DNA of 59,942 nucleotides, filler included, from Basidioascus undulatus (Eukaryota), in the NCBI GenBank assembly GCA_000826855.1. It is 4 parts of 4 records of this genome, joined end to end, with 100 filler letters (N's around TTAATTAATTAA, not from the genome) between each part and the next. Parts side by side here need not be neighbours in the genome. Positions count along the whole stretch, not along the records: positions 1 to 14,937 come from JTLS01000680.1; positions 15,038 to 29,973 come from JTLS01000681.1; 2 more parts are not named here. The stretch is one strand, 5' to 3'. The position numbers and the translations under genes are program-made. Position 1 is the first letter of the stretch. Each line of letters starts with the position of its first letter. Shown one piece after another: positions 12,550 to 22,286 of the stretch. Under the pieces are notes generated by a model. It had not been told where the DNA came from and did no database searches. It was given only the letters and a program-made list of their open reading frames with translations.

Positions 12550-14937
12550 TCAGAAGTCGAAGTGCTCGCGGAAAGCTGCATGCGGAGGACACCTTCAATG
12601 AGCTAACGGAACAAAAGAAGGAAGAGGGGAAGAAAGACCCACCGTCCACGTCCTTCGCATCGCACAACCATGTCAAGTCGCTGCGCTGCATCCTATTTTC
12701 CCCCGCCTGTCAGCCAAAAAGTAAAAAAAGGGGAAGGAGCAAATCGCAAACGCACTGGATCAAACAGCTCCTAAGCGTGTCCCACAGGCTCGCGCTCGTG
12801 ATGCCCTTGCGCGCGTGATCGGGCGTCCCCGCGCGCGCGATCGGCGCAGCAACGGCGTCGTCGGGCGTCGTGTCCGCCTGCTGGAGCGAGATGGCGCTCA
12901 GGATCTGTTGCGCGGCTTCTTGGAACATCTGCGGGTGCGCGAGCACGTTAGCTTTGTGTAGGTGATGAAAGGAAGTGGGGAGGGGTGGAAAGGAGAGGAC
13001 GCACGTCAAGGTGGATGAGCGAGATCCCCAGGTTGAACTTTGCGCGGATATACGTCGGGTGGAGCTCTAGCGCGCGGTAGTAGTAGTCGAGCGCGCCGCG
13101 CGAGTCGCCCGAGTTTGCGAGCGTCGCGCCGAGCCGGTTGAAGAGGAGCCAGTCCTTCGGGCCCCCCACCCCACACGCAAATCAGCCATCTCCTGCTCCA
13201 GCGAAACGCGGGAAGAAGGAAGCAGAAGGAGAGAAAACCGTACCTCAGGCCGAACGCTCAGCGCAGACCTAAAGCAGTCCACGCCCTTCCCATACTCCTC
13301 GCTGAGGGAGAACATGACGCCCAGCGCGACCTGCACGTCCGCGTCGACGACGTCGCCCTGCACGCCCTCGCGTGCCATGTCGACCAGGACGTCGACCAGC
13401 TCGGCGGCACTCAGCGTCCGCCCCGCGTCGGCGTCCCGCCCGCGCCCGCGCGTCCGAACCCAGGAGGCCACGGCGCTTTGCGCGGAGGTGCGGTCCATCT
13501 CGTTGGTGTCTGGGCATCCGTGCCAGATAATAAGTAAGTGAGCAGGGGAGAAGGGCAGGTGAAGGAAAATGGAGGAAAGGGCAAGGGACGCACAGCTAAT
13601 GGCTAGTGCGAGCCACGCGTCGGCGTACGACTCGTCGAGCGCCACAGCGCGGGAGAGCGCCGCGATGGCTTGCGACTCGCGCTCGTTCTCCTGCTGCGTC
13701 ACGCCGAGCTGGAACCATGCTTGTGGGGAGGAAGGGTTGTCGAGCACTTGGGCTTCGGCTTCGAGGGTGGTCTGCGTGGAGCGTTCCATTGAGCATAAAG
13801 CAAGCGGAGGTAGAAATGGGGAAGAAAATCCAACGCACCTGGCTCGGGCTCATGTCCCACGCCGAATGGACGCGATGGTTCCGCGTCGTCACGAACGGGT
13901 TGTTCTCGGCGAACACATACTCGCCGGGGACAGGTCGGACGCCCACGGCGGTAGCCTCGAACCTATCCCACTCCTCCTGCAAGCGGTCCCACTCCGCTTC
14001 CTGCGCGCCGGGTACGCCGCGCGTGTTCCCATCATACACCGTCTCCGCCTCGTCGTCCTGCTCCCACAGCGTGCTCGCGCCGGGGACGGCGGTGGCGGTC
14101 TCGGCCCCGGAAGGGAAGTGCACGGACTTGTGGAGTTGGTCCACGGAGGGGACGAACTGCTGAAACTCGGAAAAGGCATGCGTGAGTTCGGCACGCGCGG
14201 CGAGCTGCGTCGCCCCGGGGGGCGGGGCAGCCCAGTCCGCGCCTGGTTGCAGGGAAGCCGAGGCAGGACCGACACTCTGCGTGTCGTCCATCTGCGCTGC
14301 GAAATCCGCCGCCCACCCATGGTCCACCGCGCGCTCATTCCCCTTCCCCTTTCCTCTCCCTCCGGATACAGACGCGAACTCGCCCAGCCACGCGGAGGAC
14401 GGTGCGTCCGCGCCGGGGTCCACCATTGTCTCGCCCTCGACGCGCGCTTGCCCGTCCACGAGGCGCCGCATGAGGCCCAGGAACGCAGAGTTGGCAAACT
14501 TTGTGTTGGTCGACTGCTCGTGCTCGAGGGAGGAGAGGAGGGAGGCGGCGGTCTGCGCGAGGGGGTCGGTGGGCCGCGAGAGGGGATCGGAGGAGGTGGT
14601 GGTTTGTTGGGAGGTGGTGGAGGCGGTGGCGGTGGCGGCGGCGTGCGAGGCGAATTGGGTCTCCCATTTCTCGGCTGGGGGTGAGGGTGTGAGATTGGAG
14701 GGGAGGGATAGGGGAAGGGAAGGACCGCACCCTCCGCGGCGCTCTGAAACGCCCGGTCAAACGCTAGTGGACCCGCCGGGGCGAGTTGTGAAGCGAACGC
14801 GGGCCTGCCCAGTGCAGCGAGCTGGTTCGGCGGGGCAGCGCGCACGGCGGCAGGGTGCTCTGAAGCAAAGTGCGCAAAGTCGTGTGCCCATGCGGCGTCT
14901 GCTAGGGAGGTGAGTCGGATATGGCGGGGGTGGGTAC
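12550..14937 (-). CDS. PEX5: Peroxisomal PTS1 receptor Pex5 (long, Pex5b-like form with Pex7-binding motif), 5' end cut by the contig edge
   Basis: WxxxF motifs (WAHDF, WLGEF, WAADF), [12 protein letters not shown] repeats ([74 protein letters not shown]), and C-terminus [11 protein letters not shown]. Confidence 0.93.
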
Positions 14938-15037
14938 NNNNNNNNNNNNNNNNNNNNNNNNNNNNNNNNNNNNNNNNNNNNTTAATTAATTAANNNNNNN
15001 NNNNNNNNNNNNNNNNNNNNNNNNNNNNNNNNNNNNN
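14938..15037. other. Artificial contig spacer
   Basis: 44 N + TTAATTAATTAA + 44 N. Confidence 0.97.
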
Positions 15038-17329
15038 CAGTGCCCCCTCTCTCCCTCTCCCCCTCCCTCCACTCGCCCCAAAAGCCTTCAACACATCCCT
15101 CATCTCCCTCCGACTCTCCTCGAGCATCTTCCGCAGCTCCACAATCTCCCTGTGCAGAATCTCCTGGTTTCTTGCGAGCTTGTGGTTGCTTAGGTCGCCC
15201 GCTGTCATTCCCGCCCCTGCCACTCCCCCTCCACCAGCGCCGGGGTAGCCGGGGACTTGCGGGTTTGAGTGCGAGTGTGTGAGGAGAGGGGGCGGGGAGG
15301 ACATGCGCTCGGCCGGGAGGGCGGGGGACGCGGACGGCCCCGCGGCGGGGCCAGTCGGGATGAGCGAGTGCGTGGGCGGAGGGTACGAGTGTGGGGCGTG
15401 TGGGTGGGACTGGCTGTGCTGCGGGAGGCCGTCGGAGGAGGGCGTGTGGGGACGAGAATGGGCGGGGGCAGGGTTGGCAGCCTGTTTGGGACGGAGTCGG
15501 TGAGTCAACTTCGTTGGCCAGGGCAAACGGGAAGAAATACAAAGAAAGCGTACCTGATGCGCAGTGATCGCGTCCCACACGATCGCGAACTGCCGGCCCA
15601 GAACGAAGGACGGTAGGGCGATGAGGAGCAGGCCGAAGACGAGGAGTGGAAGGGTCACGAGCCGGCCGATCGCCGTGCGCGGTATGACTTCGCCGTACCC
15701 GACCGTGGAGACCGTCTGTGCGCGTTACCCATCTCGAATCAGTCCGGCGCGCTCTCATGAGATCGCCACTGCGGAAGACTAAACGCACAACAAGCACGAA
15801 CCTGCGAGCCCGGGCATCAGCGCGTGCCAGATGGAGTGAATCAATGAGAGAAGGATTTACCAAGCAGCGGCTGGAATGCTGTCGAACGCGCTGGGGTCCC
15901 CCTCGGGCGTGATGAACATCTCGAGGGTGTCGTCCCAGCTGCCGCGCTCGAGGAAGTAGAGCACCGTGGCGAAGAGGACGACAGCGGTGACGACAAAGAA
16001 GAGGAGCGCGAGGAGCGCGTCGGAGGAACGCTTGAAGGCGAGTACCATCACCTGCGGACGGGAGGTGGAAAACGCTCAATTGGGAAGAGCGACGGGAAAG
16101 AGGGAGAAGGAAAGACTGACTTCGATAGTCAGCACCACGCGCGAGGAGTCTGATATTGGCGCATGCGGGCAGGTGAGCGACCAGCTGGGGATACTGGGCA
16201 GTGAGAGGCAGGAGTTGAACGACGCACAGCGGAAAGCCCTGAAGACGCGCAGAAGTCGGAACACGCGGAGGATAGAGAAGCGGAAGAAGTCGGTCTGTTC
16301 GTGAGAGGAGAGATAAGCGCATGTGGAAGTAGTAACCCGAAGCGGAGAACGGACTGTGTCGGCCTGGAAGACGATCTCGAGGTAGTAAGGCAGGATGGCG
16401 GCGAGATCGACGAGGCCGTAGAAGCCTGAGCGTGCGTTGGGTGTCAGGTGAGGCTTTCAAACTCACTGAACCGACGACACGTACTCTTAATCCACTTGAT
16501 CAGCATGCCCTGTCAAGCCCAACCACGTCAGTTTCTGCTGTCCCCCCTCTTCGCCCACATCCCGCGTGCGCAGCTCACCCAGTTGTCCGAATGCGCCATG
16601 ACCCTCGCGAGGTACTCCACCGTGAACAGCGCGACGATGGCAGTCTCGAGCCCGAACCACACGCGGCTCTCCGTGCCGCGAAAGTCCGGGAGGGTCTCGA
16701 CGGTAGTGAGGGCGGCAGAGAAGACGATGAGGGCTGTGGAGACGACGTGAATGAGGAAGGCGTTGGAGGAGGAGGAGGGATTCTCGAGGAGAACATAGAG
16801 GTCGCGCTTCCATCTACATGAGAGCTCGGGTCAGTTTTCGAAACAAGGGACAGATGGAAAGGCGAAGGAGGAGTGAGACGCACCTCCGCCGAATGAGATG
16901 AGCCTCGTCCGTCTCCCCCCAGAAATCACTCCAGTCCGTGATCCTTCCCAGCGCCCCCCCAACGCCCGCACTGTGCCCTTGCCCGTGCTCGGCGCCTCGA
17001 TCCCGCTCGTCCTCCTCCGTGAACCGGAACTTCGGCAGGGATGCGGACGCGGGGCTCGTTGCCGCGTCATAGTCGAAGAGGAGGTTCGCGCGGGACTGGG
17101 ACGCGTGCGACGCGTATGGCCGTGTAGAGCCACGACGGGACTGTGGTTGTGGCGGGTAGGAGGTGCTGGGAGGTGAAGATGGAGATGATGCCCGGCGCTT
17201 GCCCCTGCGCACCGGCGGGAGAAGTTAGACGTCAATGAATTGAATGATCAGTGAGCGTGAGGGGGACGAAGCGTACTTGTCCCGTGGCGGCGGCGGTGGA
17301 GGGGAGGGTGAGCGCGATGGACTGGCCAT
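15038..17329 (-). CDS. Voltage-gated potassium channel (6TM Kv-like), 3' end cut by the contig edge
   Basis: Selectivity filter TVSTVGYGE (TVGYG at 15692-15706), S4 FSILRVFRLLRVFRAFR, pore helix AFDSIPAAAWFVLV, S6 LLLIALPSFVLGRQF, and a C-terminal coiled-coil-like segment. Confidence 0.92.
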
Positions 17330-17647
17330 GGGAGATGCGGATGGTCGTGGTCGTGAAGAGAAGAGCGTCCAGCAAAACGGGAGGAGAGGAGGGCAGGGCG
17401 GGGAGAAGGCGCGCGCAGCCAGGGTGGAACAAGTCGCGTCGTTCCGATCGACGCGCTCGGTTTAGGGCCCGCCGGACGCCACGCCCAACTCGTCCCGATG
17501 GCCCCCATGCAACGGGTACTCTTTGAGATTTTAGAGTGTTTTTCTGGCACGCCGATAGGATCTTTTACAGCGGCCATCGAACGTGGTGGTTCACGATCAT
17601 TCTTCTGAAGGCAGGTCTTATGAAACACCTTCAATTAAAGGAATATC

Positions 17648-17728
17648 TCCTCAATGGGGTAACGGCTAACCCATGTCGCTTTCATTTCGAGCGCCGACAA
17701 GCCCCGGGTTCGACTCCCGGTTGGGGAA
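17648..17728 (+). tRNA. tRNA-Glu (anticodon TTC) with a 9-nt intron
   Basis: Acceptor stem TCCTCAA/TTGGGGA; anticodon stem TGTCG/CGACA with CT-TTC-A (TTC at 17681-17683); intron TTTCGAGCG (17685-17693) after position 37; T-arm CCGGG-TTCGACT-CCCGG. The spliced length is 72 nt. Confidence 0.9.
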
Positions 17729-17747
17729 TATATTTCAAGGGTAACTC

Positions 17748-17752
17748 TTTTT
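17748..17752 (+). terminator. Pol III oligo-T terminator of the tRNA
   Basis: TTTTT about 20 nt downstream of the tRNA 3' end. Confidence 0.6.
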
Positions 17753-17766
17753 GTCCTCTTCGGCAT

Positions 17767-19400
17767 TGTGACACGCAGCATCACATCACAGAGAGTAGAG
17801 TGTATGTAGGGAAAGAACTTTCACAGACGGGCACTCGTAATTGGCTCACTGGTCCAATACCCCAAGTGGGTGTGCGTGTGCAGAAGGGTGATGTGAATAA
17901 TTACAGGTAAGAGAGACAAGAGCCTGAATCCCCTCCTAAATTCCCCGTCAAAAGGCGCTAAGCTAAAAGGGCGAAAGGCAACAAAACCAGTCCTTCCAAA
18001 AGTCCTCCACCACTTGTGCGTCTCCCACCTTCACAGGCACAGTGAGCAAGGTGAAATGCAGTCTGGCTGTTGTAATGAATGAGCATTGTAGGTTTACTTG
18101 ATGATGGAATCAAAGCGGTTCTCCATGCCAGGTGGGTGGTCAAGCCTGACTTTGCAGATTTATGTTTGTGGTTGTAAATCATCTCTCCAAGGCTGGCCCT
18201 GCTACCATCATGCATGCTCTGCAACTGCTCTACACTGGTTTGTTGTGTCCTTCTGGTAATTTCCAGGCCGAATGAGACCTCTGTGGCTGCCATTGCAGGC
18301 AGCCTCTGTGTTAACAATCAAACAAAAGGCAGCTTGCAGGGTGGCTTGCACCTTCAACCACTTTCCAAGGCAGGGCTCAACCAGTGGGCCTCTGCAGCTC
18401 CCAGGAGTCCAGCTTGTCCTAGACCTTCAACCTCTCTCCATAAACTGTACTGATCACTTACCATGTGTCATGTCTCACTGTTTAGAAATCCCATTGACAA
18501 GCCAGGGGTGATGAGCATTGCAGGACTTCATCAGCTGTAGGCATGCCAGGTGGATGAGGTGGAAGATGTTGCCAAAGGGGATACTAACCCTGTTGAAGTG
18601 CCTGATGTTCTTGGTGAATGTGTGTCAGAAGAACTGAAATCACTAAGGTGTTACTGACAGAAAAAGGTCACTAAGAGAGAACTGAGATTGAAGAAGTGAA
18701 GAAGTGAAAGACCAAAGGACTGAAGGACTGAAGGGTTGAAGTAAAGGTTGAAAGGAGTGAATCAGTGAATTTCTGAAGGACTTGAAGTATTTAAGGTTTG
18801 AAGAACTGAGGGATTGAAGGATTGAGGCACTGAAAATCTGAAGGAATGAATGATGGAAGGACTGAAGGACTGAAGGGGCAAAAGATTGAAGGATTGAAGA
18901 AGTGAAGGGCTGAAGGGCTGAAGCAGAAAACTTTTGAAGGACTGAAGGGACATCCACTGAGATGTCCACTGAGATGTCCACTGGCATGTCCAGCAGCATG
19001 CCCACTGTTGTGTCCACTGAAATAGCCACTGGGATATCCACCTTGCAGGTGGGATGGACAGACACTGCGTGGTCTTGGAGTGGCCTTCCGGTTCATACAT
19101 ACCTACCTTCCTTCCTACCACGCAGCCACCTATTTTATGCGGTGCAGCTTGGGATGCGGCAGTGACACTGTTCTGTCATGAACACTTTTTGGTCAGTGAC
19201 AGCTTTCCGTCATGGACACTTTTCTGTCCAGGTGACATAGTTAACTCTGTCTAGATTATATGGTAAAGAGCAAGTTCCAGCCATCTCCACATAGCTCTAT
19301 ACATGGCAAGCAGACATACACAAGCCCGGTCCAGTTGGTAGAGGATGATCTTTTGGGTTGCTGGGTTGGAAAAGGCAATGTGTCCCTTGAAGTTGTGTTG
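17767..19400. mobile_element. Degenerate, CpG-depleted transposon/repeat relic next to the tRNA
   Basis: Only 3 CpG in 18001-19060 and none from 18271 to about 19067, versus very CpG-rich flanks. It contains stop-riddled frames, internal tandem repeats and a TG...CA-bounded segment at 17767-17983. The element class was not determined. Confidence 0.6.
18686..19042. repeat. Degenerate minisatellites: ~8-nt TGAAGGAC-type units followed by 12-nt GTCCACTGAGAT-type units
   Basis: Runs of tgaaggac/tgaagga variants at about 18686-18950, then about 7 degenerate copies of gtccactgagat at about 18950-19042. Confidence 0.85.
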
Positions 19401-20551
19401 GTGAGTTCCTTCCCTCGATTATGAACTTCGCGACCCGCGGTGCCTTTAACACGCACCGTGTGATGAGGGAGGTGCTGCCTGTGACTGCGCTACTGTCCAT
19501 GGCTGCTGTGGGCCTCCAACCAGGAGTTGGCACCCTTATCACAGCTGCATGGGGGAGACAGCGAGGCTGATCCAACACTAACGCACGGCGAATCTCATAA
19601 AGGGGACAGTGGTGCTGAGCAGCTTGAGTACAGAGAGCGCGTTATCGGGCGGTCCGGACACGAGCGACACAACGCAAGGTCTCGTTCGACTTGACGAAGC
19701 CTAGCGGCTCACCAATTCCGCCCCAAGCCTTTATTCTGCTCTGATCTTCGAGGTGTTGTTGCCATTGCAATGCACTGTCGTTGCGGTCGGTGTCCATTGC
19801 TATAGCGCTGAACATTGCCCCGCGCAAGCATTTTGTTGTTCGCAACGTTGCCATGTCGTGTGAATGACATGAGCGTGCGGTGGCCCGGACAGGACGCGCA
19901 ACCGGCGGCGGTGGGGCGTTTGAAATTGACAGTCCCGCGCCGCCCCGCCCTCCGGCGTCGAATTCGTCGAGCTGTCGATCGACGAGCCGAAGTTTCTTTA
20001 GCGTCGGTTATTGGAATGATGGAGCTCAACGACCAGTAAAAAACGAGGAAAGACCTAGTGAGAGTTCGAAGCGATTGTCCATGAAAATTGCGCCAGGCAT
20101 TGGCGCCTCTTGTCGCTCCACCTTCAGCACCTCGGCTTCCTCGGCCCCATGCTGACTTGATTTGATGAGTTCATTCGCTTTTCACAGTCTCTTCGTCGGG
20201 AACTCCGAATATTATTGGGCTATAGGCTCCAGCAGATGTGGCTCATGATCGACACCGCCGCGACGGGACGGAGCCGGGGATCTGGCGATGCTTTCTTTGC
20301 GCACATCGGAGGACGACACACATGATGACCCTCCCTCATGTTCTCTGTTCGCTCTGCCTCCTAATCTCCTCCTCCCCCACGCTGCTGAGAGCAGTAGCAG
20401 ATCGTATACGCCCCTCACGCCCCACATCCCACTAATTTCCCCGTACCCAATAATTCCTTCACAATAATCCGCTCAGCTCTGCGGCCACGCCTGCTCTTCC
20501 TCTTCCCTCTCGAAAACGCCCTAGACTCAAAGTCCAAAAGTCGACGACACG

Positions 20552-22286
20552 ATGCTGTCCCTGCGCAAGAAGCGGTCCTCCTCTTCCCCGCCCTCATCAT
20601 TCCTGCAGTCCATGTCGACCTCCAAGTTCTCCTCGGCAGCCTCTTCCACCTCCTCCGTCTCCGCATCCTCTCGCTCCTCCCCGCCCACCCCACCCGCGAC
20701 GCCCAAGCTCCCAAAGTCACGCTCCCCCTTCTTCCGCCTCACCGTCTCCGCGTCGACCGTCCTCCGCCTCCGCGTCCACATCGACAATCCGCGCTCCCGC
20801 GCTGCACCGTTTCATGTAGAAATTGCCGCTGGCGCGTCGGTTGCGCAGCTCAAGGCGGAGGTCATTCGCGTTGAGCGCATGAGGGGGAGGGGCGACGTGC
20901 TGGATGAGATGGTGAGGGGCCGGGGGGAGGACATAGATTTGGGGAGCGTGAGGGCGTACAAGGTGTCTTCTTCCTTTACAGCTTGTCTTCTCCGTTCGTC
21001 TTTCGCTTATGAGCTCCCCTCCCAGACTGCCATCCCCTGGGACGCCTGGGCCGAGTCCCGCCTATTCAACACCTCCCCCGACACCGACCGGCCCGTCTCC
21101 CTCCTCGTCCACTTCCCCTCCCAGCCGCTCGAGAACGACGACGCCCTCATCGGCGAGGTCTTCCCGCACGGCGTAGACGACAAGAAGACTGCCAGCGGGC
21201 GGCCGGAGATCCACATTGTCGTCAAGCTACTTCCCTACGGGCCTGGTGCGTTCTCGCTCCCTCCCCAGATCCATTTTTTCGGGGGACAGGGCAAGACTGA
21301 TGCGAACGTGTTGGGGGCGGACGACCAGAAACCCTCACTATGCTCGTCGGGTTTGAGGACACCCTCGACTGGCCCAACCCACCCGCGCCGCTCATGGTCG
21401 ACGCGTCCCCGGACTGGACCGTGTCCAAGCTCAAGCGCCGGCTGCTCGACCTCGACGGGCGGGAAGTCCCTCCGAAGTCAGCCATGCTGTACGCTGTGCG
21501 TGCGCATCTTTCTTTCCCTCCCTTGCCTCGTTCAGCTCGCTCACCCTTTCCTCCCCGCAGGTCGACATCCCGTACCACCCCACCTCCTCCTCCACGCCTT
21601 CCCCCGGCCCCCAGCACCGCACCGCGCGCACCCCCCTCCGCGCCACGCACCTCCCGCTCTCCTCCTTCTTCGCGCCCTCCCCGTCCCTCGCCCACTACTC
21701 CGTCACAGTCTACCACTCCTCCTCCGTCATCCCGCCTCGGCACAAGTACCGCGCCGCCCCGGCCCGCTTCGTCTGGCCCCACCCGGGGGCGCCCGCGCGT
21801 GTGCCCACGGGCCCAGGAGAGCGCATCCTCAGGCGCTGCGAGAGCTGGACGACGCGCGTGGTTGTTTGTCCTCTGCGGAAAGCCGCGAGCGCGGTCGACC
21901 TACGCAAAAAGGCAGCCGCCGCGCCTCCTCTCCAACAACAGCCGAAGCTCGAGCTCCTCCCCCAGCTCGATATCCCCTCCCTCACGCTCGACCCCGCCTC
22001 CCGGTCCGCCACACCCACACTGGGCAAAGCTCTGCGCACAGCAGCCCAGCCGTCATCGTTCCGCCCTGGTGCAGTGCAGCGCGAGCGCTCGAGCAGCTCC
22101 GCGGAGGACTCGGACGCGCTCCAGACGCCCCCCGACTCGCCGTTGGGGACGCCGAAGCATGCGGGCGGAGCGAGGATCGCTGAGGGCGAGAGCATTTTGC
22201 TTAGGCCTGGGGCGGAGGGCACGGACGCGGCTGTGAGGCTCGCCATGGCGCTTGCGAGCTTGGACGAGGTCGGGAGCCGGCACTGA
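20552..22286 (+). CDS. Protein with two tandem Crinkler (CRN) N-terminal ubiquitin-like domains and low-complexity flanks
   Basis: Exons 20552-20962, 21026-21245, 21329-21496 and 21561-22286 (approximate) splice in frame. Domain 1 is LRLRVHID..APFHVEIAAGASVAQLKAEV..VRAYKTAIP..LIGEVFP..IHIVVKLLP. Domain 2 is LTMLVGF..PLMVDASPDWTVSKLKRRL..AMLYAVDIP..LPLSSFF..HYSVTV. Confidence 0.55.

Noticed and set aside
13569..14684. Long Arg/Pro/Ala-rich alternative ORFs (for example 13569-14684 +, 14982-16466 -, 33251-33925 +, 51761-52780 +)
   Set aside because: These are shadow frames of GC-rich coding exons on the same or opposite strand, with no independent protein motifs.
14982..14993. Palindromic TTAATTAATTAA motif recurring about every 15 kb
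   Set aside because: It is always embedded in 44-N flanks, so it is a synthetic all-frame-stop linker and not biological.
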